NCBI GenBank assembly: GCA_012520945.1
Contig: JAAYNH010000010.1
Coordinates: forward strand, 33,752-57,751
Length of the DNA stretch: 24,000 nt
DNA from: Treponema sp.
GTDB taxonomy: Bacteria > Spirochaetota > Spirochaetia > Treponematales > Treponemataceae
Reading direction: 5' to 3'
Shown: positions 1-8,018 of the stretch, one piece after another
How positions within the stretch are numbered: position 1 is the stretch's first letter
Layout: the number at the start of each line of letters is the position of its first letter
Notes under the pieces: generated by a model
Seen by the model: the letters and a program-made list of their open reading frames with translations, nothing else
The model's database searches: none
Told to the model about the DNA's origin: nothing
Program-made: the position numbers and the translations under genes

Positions 1-29
1 AAAATTTTTTTTGAAATTAAGGAGCCAAA

Positions 30-1532
30 ATGAATTCACCATTACAAACATATCTTTTAACACAGAAAGATAATTTGAACACAGCTATGGTTGCATATGT
101 AGCAAATCTTGAGCAAGTTGCAAAAGTAAAGCCTTCAATTGCTAGGGATATTGTAAATGAATTGGAAAATCAACGTAGCCACTTAAAACTCATTGCCAGT
201 GAAAACTATTGTTCCCTTGCCACTCAAGCGGCTATGGGAAATCTTCTGACAGATAAATATGCTGAAGGTTATCCTGAACACAGATATTATGGTGGTTGTG
301 TAAACGTTGACTCTGTTGAAATGACCGCAGCTCGTGAAGCGGAAAAGCTTTTTGGTGCAGATTATGCATATGTTCAACCACACTCCGGTGCAGACACAAA
401 TCTTGTAGCTTATTGGGCTATTTTGAGTGCAAAAGTAGAAACTCCTACTTTGGAAGAATTGGGTGTGAAATCTTTAAACGATTTGACCGCAGAACAATTT
501 GATGCTTTACGCGTTAAATTTTGTAATCAAAAACTTATGGGACTTGATTATTCTTGTGGAGGTCATTTAACTCACGGATATAAAATGAATGTTTCTGCAC
601 GTATGTTTGACAGTTATCCTTATGGTGTAGATAAAGAAACGGGACTTTTAGATTATGATGCCATTGAAAAACAGGCAATGGAAGTGAAACCTCTCATTCT
701 TTTAGCCGGATACAGTGCTTATCCGCGCTCAATTAATTTCCGTCGTTTTCGTGAAATTGCAGATAAATGTGGAGCGGTTCTTATGGTTGATATGGCACAT
801 TTTGCGGGTTTGGTTGCCGGTAAAGTTTTCACAGGCGATGAAGATCCTGTAAAATGGGCAGATATTGTTACAACCACAACACATAAAACGTTGCGCGGTC
901 CACGCGGTGCGATGATTCTTTGCAAGGAAGAATTTGCCGATTATGTAAATAAAGGTTGTCCAATGGTTCTTGGAGGTCCACTTCCGCACGTAATGGCTGC
1001 AAAAGCTATTGCTTTCAAAGAAGCAAATACAAAAGATTATCAAGATTATGCCCATAATGTTCAAGCAAATGCAAAAGCATTAGCGTCTGCTTGCCAAAAA
1101 CGTGGCATGAAATTACAAACAGGTGGTACGGATAATCATTTGATGCTTATAGATATTTATTCAACATATGGCTTGACCGGCAAGCAGGCGGAAGCTGCAA
1201 TGTTTCAATGTGGTGTAACATTAAATGCAAATGCCCTTCCTTATGACCCGATGGGTGCATGGTGGACAAGTGGTATTCGTGTGGGAACACCGGCAATTAC
1301 CAGTTTGGGCATGAATACTACAGATATGGACGAGATTGCCGATATTTTAGATTATGTTTTAAAAGGCACAAAGGCAGGGCTTACAAAAGACGGCAAACCG
1401 GCAAAAGGTAAAGTCATAGTAGATGCAATTGTTCAAGAAAATGCAAAAAAACGTGTAAAAGCAATTCTTTCAAAATATGTGCTTTATCCGGAATTAGATT
1501 TGGATTTTTTAAAAAAGCATTTTGTTAAATAA
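30..1532 (+). CDS. glyA: Serine hydroxymethyltransferase, long form (500 aa)
   Basis: AAGGAG (19-24) lies 5 nt upstream of the ATG. PLP-lysine motif TTTTHKTLRGPRG, plus GGHLTHG and VDMAHFAGLVA. Colinear with E. coli GlyA by eye, except for a ~30-aa insertion (VETPTLEELGVKSLNDLTAEQFDALRVKFCNQ) and a ~50-aa C-terminal extension. Confidence 0.95.
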   Translation: MNSPLQTYLLTQKDNLNTAMVAYVANLEQVAKVKPSIARDIVNELENQRSHLKLIASENYCSLATQAAMGNLLTDKYAEGYPEHRYYGGCVNVDSVEMTAAREAEKLFGADYAYVQPHSGADTNLVAYWAILSAKVETPTLEELGVKSLNDLTAEQFDALRVKFCNQKLMGLDYSCGGHLTHGYKMNVSARMFDSYPYGVDKETGLLDYDAIEKQAMEVKPLILLAGYSAYPRSINFRRFREIADKCGAVLMVDMAHFAGLVAGKVFTGDEDPVKWADIVTTTTHKTLRGPRGAMILCKEEFADYVNKGCPMVLGGPLPHVMAAKAIAFKEANTKDYQDYAHNVQANAKALASACQKRGMKLQTGGTDNHLMLIDIYSTYGLTGKQAEAAMFQCGVTLNANALPYDPMGAWWTSGIRVGTPAITSLGMNTTDMDEIADILDYVLKGTKAGLTKDGKPAKGKVIVDAIVQENAKKRVKAILSKYVLYPELDLDFLKKHFVK

Positions 1533-1560
1533 TTTTTATTAAAAAGAATTTTACTGTATG

Positions 1561-1621
1561 AAAAGGTGAAAAGTTCCTAATTTGAAATTTGTTTCATAAA
1601 GGGAAGTTTCACCTTTTTTTT
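1561..1621 (+). terminator. Rho-independent terminator after glyA
   Basis: AAAAGGTGAAA (1561-1571) pairs with TTTCACCTTTT (1607-1617). An inner TTCC (1574-1577) / GGAA (1602-1605) pairing extends the stem. A T-run follows to 1621. Confidence 0.8.
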
Positions 1622-1642
1622 GTATAATTTTTTTTATACATA

Positions 1643-1657
1643 TGTTATAATAAAAAT
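1643..1657 (+). promoter_or_regulatory. Extended -10 promoter directly abutting the nadE start codon (candidate leaderless transcript)
   Basis: TGtTATAAT at 1643-1651, then 6 nt (aaaaat), then ATG at 1658. No purine-rich SD in the 25 nt upstream. No good -35 at 17 nt; TTGTAT at 1620-1625 gives a 20-nt spacer. Confidence 0.55.
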
Positions 1658-3544
1658 ATGAATTATGGTTTTTTACGAGTTGCGACAGTAAGCCCGGAAG
1701 TGGTTGTTGCTGATTGCAAAACAAATGCAAAAAAAATTATTGAACAAATAAAACTCGTTACAAGTGAAGGAGCTTCATTAATTGTATTTCCGGAGTTGGC
1801 AATTTCCGGTAAAACTTGTGGTGACCTATTTTTTCAAAGTGTATTACTTGAAGAGGCATGGAACGCAGTGTTGGGAATAGGTGAAGAAACTTCTTCTATG
1901 AATGCACTAATTTGTGTAGGCTTTCCATTTAAATATGAAAATTCATTATATAATTGTGCCGCTGTTTTGCATTATGGAAAAGTTTTGGCAATTATTCCCC
2001 AAGTTTATGGTAACGAGATTTTTTCATCGTTTAATCAAAAAAGTAAAAATAGAAAAATTTATTTACCGGGTTTAACGGAAAGTGTAATTTTTGGTACAAA
2101 TATAATTTTTCAAGATGCACAGAATAAAAACTTTTCTGTTGCCGTTGAGATAGGACAAGATTTATTTTCAGTTTTTCCGCCATCAATTCAACACTGTGCA
2201 CATGGTGCAGCCGCTATTGCAAATCTTTGTGGCATAAGTGAAATTGCGGAGCGAAAAAGATTGCGTCTTATAACATTGAGTTCACATTCAAGTAAATTAA
2301 ATTGTGCTTGTATCTATGTTGAAAATTCATGGACAGAAAGTACAACAGATTGTGTTTATTCTGCACATAATATTGTTGCGGAAAATGGTAAAGTTCTAAA
2401 GCAATCAAAATTATACGGTGGTGGTTATATTATCGTTGATGTAGATTTTGAAAAATTAATAAATGAAAGACGTAAAAAAAATACATTTGCGAAAATTGAA
2501 ACTAATGAGGCTGAGTATGATATTGTGCAAATTATTTTTTCAAGACGTCATGCATCACTAAAACGAAATGTTAAAACAAATCCGTTTGTACCACAAAGTA
2601 AAAATAAACAGGATGTAAGATTTTCTGAAATTATAAATATGCAATCGCACGGTTTAGCAAAACGTCTTATGCACATACAATGTAAAAATGCTGTTTTAGG
2701 TTTGTCAGGAGGATTAGATTCAACATTGGCACTGCTCATTACAGTTGAAGCTTTTAAAATTTTAAGGCTTGATTTATCGGGAATAATTGCCGTTACAATG
2801 CCATGTTTTGGAACATCAAAACGCACATATACTAATGCTTGTAATTTAGCAAAGGCATTAAATGTATCTTTGCGTGAAATTAATATAGAAAAAGCAGTGA
2901 TGCAACATTTTGCAGACATAGGACATGACCAAGAAAAACATGATATCACTTATGAAAATTCGCAAGCACGTGAGCGAACTCAAGTTTTGATGGATGTTGC
3001 AAATCAATGTAACGGTTTGGTTATTGGTACGGGAGATTTATCTGAACTTGCTTTAGGTTGGACAACATACAACGGTGACCATATGTCCATGTATGCGGTG
3101 AATGCATCTGTACCAAAAACTCTTGTTCGTTATCTTGTTCAATATTTTGCAACCGGTGATTTAGAAATGGTTTTAAAAGATATTTTGGACACTCCTGTAA
3201 GTCCTGAATTACTGCCAACTGTTGACGGAACCATTTCTCAAAAAACAGAAGAGTTTGTCGGACCTTATGAACTGCATGATTTTTTTCTATATTATTTTAT
3301 ACGTTTTGGTTTTTCACCAAAGAAGATTTTTTTTATGGCACAAAAAGCATTTGATGGAATTTATGAAAAAGAAACAATAAAAAAATGGCTTAAGTTTTTT
3401 TGTAAACGCTTTTTTTTACAACAGTTTAAACGCTCGTGTATGCCGGACAGCATTGCAGTGGGTAGTGTTAATTTATCTCCTAGAAATGCTTGGAAAATGC
3501 CTAGTGATGCATCTGCTACTTTATGGTTAAATGAATTGGATTGA
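1658..3544 (+). CDS. nadE: Two-domain NAD+ synthetase: N-terminal nitrilase-fold (CN-hydrolase) domain plus C-terminal NAD synthetase domain. The glutaminase triad is degenerate.
   Basis: C-terminal domain has the PP-loop GLSGGLDS, GTGDLSELALGWTTYNGDHMSMY, VPKTL and FKRSCMP. N-terminal domain is colinear with M. tuberculosis-type NadE (FPELAISG, ESTTD, ENG). The N-terminus MNYGFLRVA matches the family start. Confidence 0.93.
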   Translation: MNYGFLRVATVSPEVVVADCKTNAKKIIEQIKLVTSEGASLIVFPELAISGKTCGDLFFQSVLLEEAWNAVLGIGEETSSMNALICVGFPFKYENSLYNCAAVLHYGKVLAIIPQVYGNEIFSSFNQKSKNRKIYLPGLTESVIFGTNIIFQDAQNKNFSVAVEIGQDLFSVFPPSIQHCAHGAAAIANLCGISEIAERKRLRLITLSSHSSKLNCACIYVENSWTESTTDCVYSAHNIVAENGKVLKQSKLYGGGYIIVDVDFEKLINERRKKNTFAKIETNEAEYDIVQIIFSRRHASLKRNVKTNPFVPQSKNKQDVRFSEIINMQSHGLAKRLMHIQCKNAVLGLSGGLDSTLALLITVEAFKILRLDLSGIIAVTMPCFGTSKRTYTNACNLAKALNVSLREINIEKAVMQHFADIGHDQEKHDITYENSQARERTQVLMDVANQCNGLVIGTGDLSELALGWTTYNGDHMSMYAVNASVPKTLVRYLVQYFATGDLEMVLKDILDTPVSPELLPTVDGTISQKTEEFVGPYELHDFFLYYFIRFGFSPKKIFFMAQKAFDGIYEKETIKKWLKFFCKRFFLQQFKRSCMPDSIAVGSVNLSPRNAWKMPSDASATLWLNELD

Positions 3545-3546
3545 GT

Positions 3547-3576
3547 TTGTAAAAATTAAACTCGGGAATATATAAT
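3547..3576 (+). promoter_or_regulatory. Sigma-70-type promoter immediately upstream of the FAD-oxidoreductase start (leaderless or 1-2 nt leader)
   Basis: TTGTAA (3547-3552), 18-nt spacer, TATAAT (3571-3576), 8 nt, ATG at 3585. No SD in the intervening ttgaaaat. Confidence 0.5.
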
Positions 3577-3584
3577 TTGAAAAT

Positions 3585-5114
3585 ATGAAAAAGGAAAAAG
3601 CAAAAAACCATAATAAGAAAAAAATAATTATTGTTGGTGCCGGAGTTGCAGGATTAACTGCAGGCATATATGCAATGCAACAAGGATTTGAGACTGTCAT
3701 ATATGAAAAGCACACACAGACAGGAGGCCTGTGTACTGGCTGGGACAGACAGGGTTATCACATTGACGGTTGCATACATTGGGTAACCGGCACCAAAAAA
3801 GGATCGGCTCTTCGTGAAATTTGGGATAATGTTGATGCATTAAAGGATGTTGAAATTATTCAACAAGATTATTTTGATGTATATGAATGTTGTGGTGAAA
3901 AAATATATATTTGGCGTGACATTGAAAAACTGAAAAATGAATTTATCACTCTTGCCCCTGCAGATAAAAAAGAAATTAAAAGATTTATAAAAGATGTGAA
4001 GGCTGTTCAAAAAATGATAGTGCCTGCAGAAAGTCCCGTAAATTTGATGACACTGCCACAACTTTGTAAACAACTTTGGTCAATGCGTGGAACTTTCAGT
4101 GTTCTTTTGCGATATAAATCCATGTCCGTTCAAAAATATTCAAAACGTTTTTCACATCCTGCACTTCGCAGAGTTTTTGAAATATGTATGCCTTATAATT
4201 ATAGTGCTGCTGTTTTTATTTTTATGGTAGCAACATTTACTCTTGGTAATGGAGATATTCCTGCCGGCGGAAGTTTGCAAATGGCAAATAGAATGACAAA
4301 AAAATTTCTTTCCCTTGGAGGAATTGTAAAAACAGGAATGCTTGTCACTCAAATTAATATAACAAAAAATAAAGCAACAGGCATTGAGTATATTACTCAG
4401 GCAGGTGAAAAATGTGTTGATAATGCTAATTATATAATTTCTGCTTGTGATGTGCATACGACATTTAATGTATTGCTAAAAAATTCTTATCATGACAGTG
4501 CATTTGTTAAGCGTTTTCATCAACCTAAAATTTATGAAACACAATCCTGTGTTTTGCTTACATTTGCAGTAGAAGCGGATTTAACGAATTATCCATACTC
4601 TCTTGTTTTGGAATGTGAAAAATATAGAGTGGGTGTAACTGACTATGAAAAAATAACGGTTCGTAATTATGTATATGAACCATCTTTTGCTCCACAAGGA
4701 CATACAGTAATTAATGTTTTAATTAGTCAAGGTGATAATGATTATTTATTTTGGAAAAGTCTTTACTTTAATAAGGCAATATATAAAGCTGAAAAACAAC
4801 GATTGGCAGATGTTATAAAAAAACGCATAGAAGAAAGATTTCCGGAGTTAGTTGGAAAAATAAAATTGTTAGATGCTTTATCACCGATGACATTTCAACG
4901 TTATTGTTCAAGTTATAACGGAGCATGGATGGCTTTTCGCATTGGAAAAGGAACACGTAATTTAATGCATACCGGAAAAATAAAAGGACTTAGTAATTGT
5001 TATCTGACAGGACAATGGCTTCAACCGCCGGGAGGTTTGCCGGTTGCATTGACTATGGGGAAATTTACAATTCAACGTATATGTAAAAAAGAAGGCATGA
5101 ATTTTAGATTTTAG
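3585..5114 (+). CDS. NAD(P)/FAD-dependent oxidoreductase, phytoene-desaturase (CrtI)/amine-oxidase-like family; substrate unknown
   Basis: N-terminal dinucleotide-binding fingerprint KIIIVGAGVAGLTAGIYAMQQGFETVIYEK followed by GGLC. C-terminal GQWLQPPGGLPVALTMG resembles the family FAD-binding motif. 509 aa. Confidence 0.75.
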   Translation: MKKEKAKNHNKKKIIIVGAGVAGLTAGIYAMQQGFETVIYEKHTQTGGLCTGWDRQGYHIDGCIHWVTGTKKGSALREIWDNVDALKDVEIIQQDYFDVYECCGEKIYIWRDIEKLKNEFITLAPADKKEIKRFIKDVKAVQKMIVPAESPVNLMTLPQLCKQLWSMRGTFSVLLRYKSMSVQKYSKRFSHPALRRVFEICMPYNYSAAVFIFMVATFTLGNGDIPAGGSLQMANRMTKKFLSLGGIVKTGMLVTQINITKNKATGIEYITQAGEKCVDNANYIISACDVHTTFNVLLKNSYHDSAFVKRFHQPKIYETQSCVLLTFAVEADLTNYPYSLVLECEKYRVGVTDYEKITVRNYVYEPSFAPQGHTVINVLISQGDNDYLFWKSLYFNKAIYKAEKQRLADVIKKRIEERFPELVGKIKLLDALSPMTFQRYCSSYNGAWMAFRIGKGTRNLMHTGKIKGLSNCYLTGQWLQPPGGLPVALTMGKFTIQRICKKEGMNFRF

Positions 5115-5169
5115 TTTTGATTTTTTAGATAAATATTATTTAGTAAAATTTATTTTATAGAGGATAGAT

Positions 5170-5703
5170 ATGGAAAAAATGAAAAATCTTGAGCAATTAA
5201 TTAAGGAACGACGCAGTATAAAAAAATATAAGTCAGATGCTGTGCCAAAAGAATTGATAGAAAAAGTTATTGAAGCGGGCCTTTATGCGGCAAGCGGACG
5301 CGGTACACAATGTCCAAAAATTATTGCAATCACAGATAAAAAAATGCGTGATAAAGTTTCAAAAGCAAATTGTGAAATTGGAGGATATAGTGAAGGTGTA
5401 GATCCGTTTTATAATGCACCTGTAATTTTACTTGTGATTGTTCCAAAAGATAATCCTACGGGTGTTTATGACGGCAGTGTAGTATTGGGAAATATGATGC
5501 TCATGGCTCATAATTTAGGACTTGGTTCTTGTTGGATTCATCGTGCTAAAGAAGAAATGGATTCTCCGCTTGGTGAAGAAATTTCAAAAACTATAAATCT
5601 TTCGGAAAAATATATTGGTGTGGGGCATCTTGCATTAGGTTATGCAAATACGGAATTATTACCACCTCCGGCACGAAAAAATGACCGCGTTTTTTGGATT
5701 TAA
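5170..5703 (+). CDS. Nitroreductase-family (FMN-dependent) protein, 177 aa
   Basis: GAGGA (5160-5164) lies 5 nt upstream of the ATG. N-terminal LIKERRSIKKY motif typical of the nitroreductase fold. GLGSCWI segment. Size is typical of the family. Confidence 0.8.
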   Translation: MEKMKNLEQLIKERRSIKKYKSDAVPKELIEKVIEAGLYAASGRGTQCPKIIAITDKKMRDKVSKANCEIGGYSEGVDPFYNAPVILLVIVPKDNPTGVYDGSVVLGNMMLMAHNLGLGSCWIHRAKEEMDSPLGEEISKTINLSEKYIGVGHLALGYANTELLPPPARKNDRVFWI

Positions 5704-5731
5704 TTTCTTAAAAAAAACAAAGGATTAATCA

Positions 5732-6700
5732 TTGATAGAAAAAAAACAAAGAGCAAAAAATAACAGAACTTTGACTTTGTTACCTGAAGAAATAGAATTA
5801 TTTAGACATAAACTCATCACAAAAGAAAATATAAAATTTTCTGAACTTATTAACAAAACAATTAATGGTGATGTGATTGAAATGCTACAATATATTCCCG
5901 ATGAATTTGCAGATTTAATAATTATTGATCCACCATATAATCTTTCAAAAAATTTTAATGGATATAAATTTAATGCACGAAGAGAAAATGAGTTTGAATT
6001 ATTTTTAAAATCATGGTTTCCGGAATTATGCAAAAAATTAAAACCAAATGGATCTTTATATATGTGTGGTGATTGGAAATGCACATCTTCATTACAACGT
6101 ACAATTGAAAAAGAACTTACAATTTTGAATAGAATAACGTGGCAACGCGAAAAAGGACGCGGTGCAAAAAATAATTGGAAAAATGGTATGGAAGATATTT
6201 GGTTTGCAGTAAAAAATCCTAAAGATTATTATTTTAACGTTGAAAGTGTGAAGATGAAACGCAGAGTTTTAGCACCGTACAAAATTCATGGTAAACCAAA
6301 AGATTGGCAAGAAAATGATGATGGAAATTTTAGATTAACGTATCCATCTAATTTTTGGGACGATATTAGCATTCCATTTTGGTCAATGCCTGAAAATACT
6401 AATCATCCGACACAAAAACCTGAAAAACTTTATGCAAAATTAATTCTTGCTTCATCGAAAAAAGGAGATGTTGTTTTTGATCCTTTTTTGGGAAGTGGTA
6501 CTGCAAGCGTAGTTGCAAAAAAACTTGAAAGAAAATATTGTGGAATTGAAATGAATGAAGAATATTGTTTATGGGCAGAAAAACGTTTAAAATTAGCAGA
6601 AAAAAATTTTTCAATTCAAGGATATTTTAATGGAGTTTTTTGGGAACGAAATTCTTTGAGCGAACAAATAAAAGCGTTAAAAAAAATGGAGGAAATATGA
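5732..6700 (+). CDS. Beta-class DNA methyltransferase (N6-adenine or N4-cytosine), apparently orphan
   Basis: TTG start with AAGGA about 8 nt upstream. Motif IV IIIDPPYN precedes HPTQKP and motif I VFDPFLGSGTA, which is the beta-class order. No restriction endonuclease candidate on either side. Confidence 0.88.
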   Translation: MIEKKQRAKNNRTLTLLPEEIELFRHKLITKENIKFSELINKTINGDVIEMLQYIPDEFADLIIIDPPYNLSKNFNGYKFNARRENEFELFLKSWFPELCKKLKPNGSLYMCGDWKCTSSLQRTIEKELTILNRITWQREKGRGAKNNWKNGMEDIWFAVKNPKDYYFNVESVKMKRRVLAPYKIHGKPKDWQENDDGNFRLTYPSNFWDDISIPFWSMPENTNHPTQKPEKLYAKLILASSKKGDVVFDPFLGSGTASVVAKKLERKYCGIEMNEEYCLWAEKRLKLAEKNFSIQGYFNGVFWERNSLSEQIKALKKMEEI

Positions 6701-8010
6701 AAAAATTTAAGTTTTCAAATTCAACAGCAAAAATTACTATGATTGCTATTTTACTTTTGGTGATGCTAATCCCCATATCGTTAATATCAAATTTAATTTA
6801 CGATAGAAAAAGTTATCAACGAGAAGCGGTTACTTCAATCACAGAACCACTTGGAGGACAAACTGAAATTCAAGGTTTTGTTATAGGTGTTCCGTATAAA
6901 AATTATAAAGAGACCGTTGACACAAATGGAAATAAAAATATTGAAACTGAAACAAAGTATATAATATTTGCACCGGATTTTTACAACTTAGATTTTTCTG
7001 TTGAGCCATATTATTTGAATAGAGGAATTTTTAAGGTTCCTGTATTTAAAGGAGTTGTAAAAGTAGATGCTAGTTTTAATAATTTTGATTATTCAGTTTT
7101 TGATATTCCGGAAAAATATATAGATAAAAAAAATGCTGTTTTAATTTTAGGTTTATCAAATACAAAAAATTTAATTACAGAACCTAAACTTAATCTAAAT
7201 GAAAAAGATTTATCTGTTTCTCCGATTAAGTATGATGATATTTCTCCTTTTAATACTTCTATTTATTATAATTTAAATTATGTTAATTTAAATGAAAAAT
7301 TAATTTTATCCGGCACAATAAATTTTCAAGGTGGAGAAAATATTTTGGTTCGACCTATTGCTTCAGAAAATATTTTCAAAATGTCATCGTCATGGACTTC
7401 TCCAAGTTTTTCAGGAGGTTGGCTACCAACCGAACGCAATATTTCAGATAACGGTTTTTTTGCAACATGGAACATCGCAGGTTTAAGTACTGTTTATCCA
7501 AAAAGTTGGTTAGGTGAAAATATATTTAAATCGGAAACAATACAAATTTCTTTTATGGTTCCTGTTGATTCATATAAAAAAACCGAACGCAGTGTTAAGT
7601 ATGCATTATTATTTTTGATTATTCCTTTTATTGCATTATTAATTGCAGAAATTTTTTCAAAAACAAAAATTCATATTGTTCAATATTGTTTGATAGGTTT
7701 TGCAGATATAATTTTCTATTTACTTTTACTTTCAATTTCTGAACATATTTCTTTTGATTTAACTTACTTAATTTGTGCAATTAGTGTATGTTGCTTAACA
7801 TTATTTTATGCATCTGCAATATTTAAAAAATTTAAATGGGGAACATTACTTAGTTCAGTGCAACTTGTTTCATACATTTTTTTATATGGAACACTTCAGG
7901 CCGAAGATTATGCATTGCTAATCGGTAGTATCGGTTTGTTTGTTGTAGTTGCTCTGTTAATGTTTATCACTAGAAAAATTGATTGGTACGGTTTGAGTCA
8001 AAGTGAATAA
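6697..8010 (+). CDS. creD: Cell-envelope integrity inner-membrane protein CreD
   Basis: Start moved from track 6640 to ATG 6697, which has GGAGG just upstream and overlaps the methyltransferase TGA as ATGA. Colinear by eye with E. coli CreD: LLIPISLI..R..Y, SSWTSPSFSGGWLPTERNISDNGFFATW, ERSVKYALLF, IVQYCLIGFADIIFYLLLLSISEH, FITRKIDWY. Confidence 0.9.
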   Translation: MKKFKFSNSTAKITMIAILLLVMLIPISLISNLIYDRKSYQREAVTSITEPLGGQTEIQGFVIGVPYKNYKETVDTNGNKNIETETKYIIFAPDFYNLDFSVEPYYLNRGIFKVPVFKGVVKVDASFNNFDYSVFDIPEKYIDKKNAVLILGLSNTKNLITEPKLNLNEKDLSVSPIKYDDISPFNTSIYYNLNYVNLNEKLILSGTINFQGGENILVRPIASENIFKMSSSWTSPSFSGGWLPTERNISDNGFFATWNIAGLSTVYPKSWLGENIFKSETIQISFMVPVDSYKKTERSVKYALLFLIIPFIALLIAEIFSKTKIHIVQYCLIGFADIIFYLLLLSISEHISFDLTYLICAISVCCLTLFYASAIFKKFKWGTLLSSVQLVSYIFLYGTLQAEDYALLIGSIGLFVVVALLMFITRKIDWYGLSQSE

Positions 8011-8018
8011 TTTTAATT

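Noticed and set aside
793-808. TGGCAC...TTGC resembling a sigma-54 -24/-12 element
   Set aside because: The GG-to-GC spacing is 8 nt rather than 10, and the site lies inside the glyA coding sequence.
2548-2949. 133-aa ORF antisense to nadE
   Set aside because: Shadow ORF inside a well-supported gene, with no start context. The same applies to the other short antisense ORFs in the track: 183-383, 719-1064, 3021-3218, 3527-3715, 3840-4457, 5725-6084, 6399-6614, 9898-10086, 11660-11860, 12320-12529, 13456-13656, 14022-14276, 15451-15704, 18076-18336, 19864-20103, 20758-21360, 21727-21978, 22197-22382, 22642-22908 and 23472-23654.
3543-3563. GAGTTT / AAACTC inverted repeat over the nadE stop, as a terminator
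   Set aside because: The stem is only 6 bp, there is no U-tract, and it overlaps the putative -35 of the next promoter.
5739-5746. A8 tract at codons 3-5 of the methyltransferase, as a possible phase-variation switch
   Set aside because: A/T runs of 8-9 nt are common throughout this AT-rich window (for example T9 at 12443-12451 in oppA, and a T8 run near 21316-21323 in ftsH). The tract is too short and too ordinary to argue for slipped-strand switching without population data.
5732-8010. Methyltransferase plus a membrane protein as a restriction-modification-like or defence module
   Set aside because: No nuclease, helicase, ATPase or other effector domain is present. The partner is a clear CreD orthologue (a housekeeping envelope family). 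I kept this only as an orphan-methyltransferase observation.
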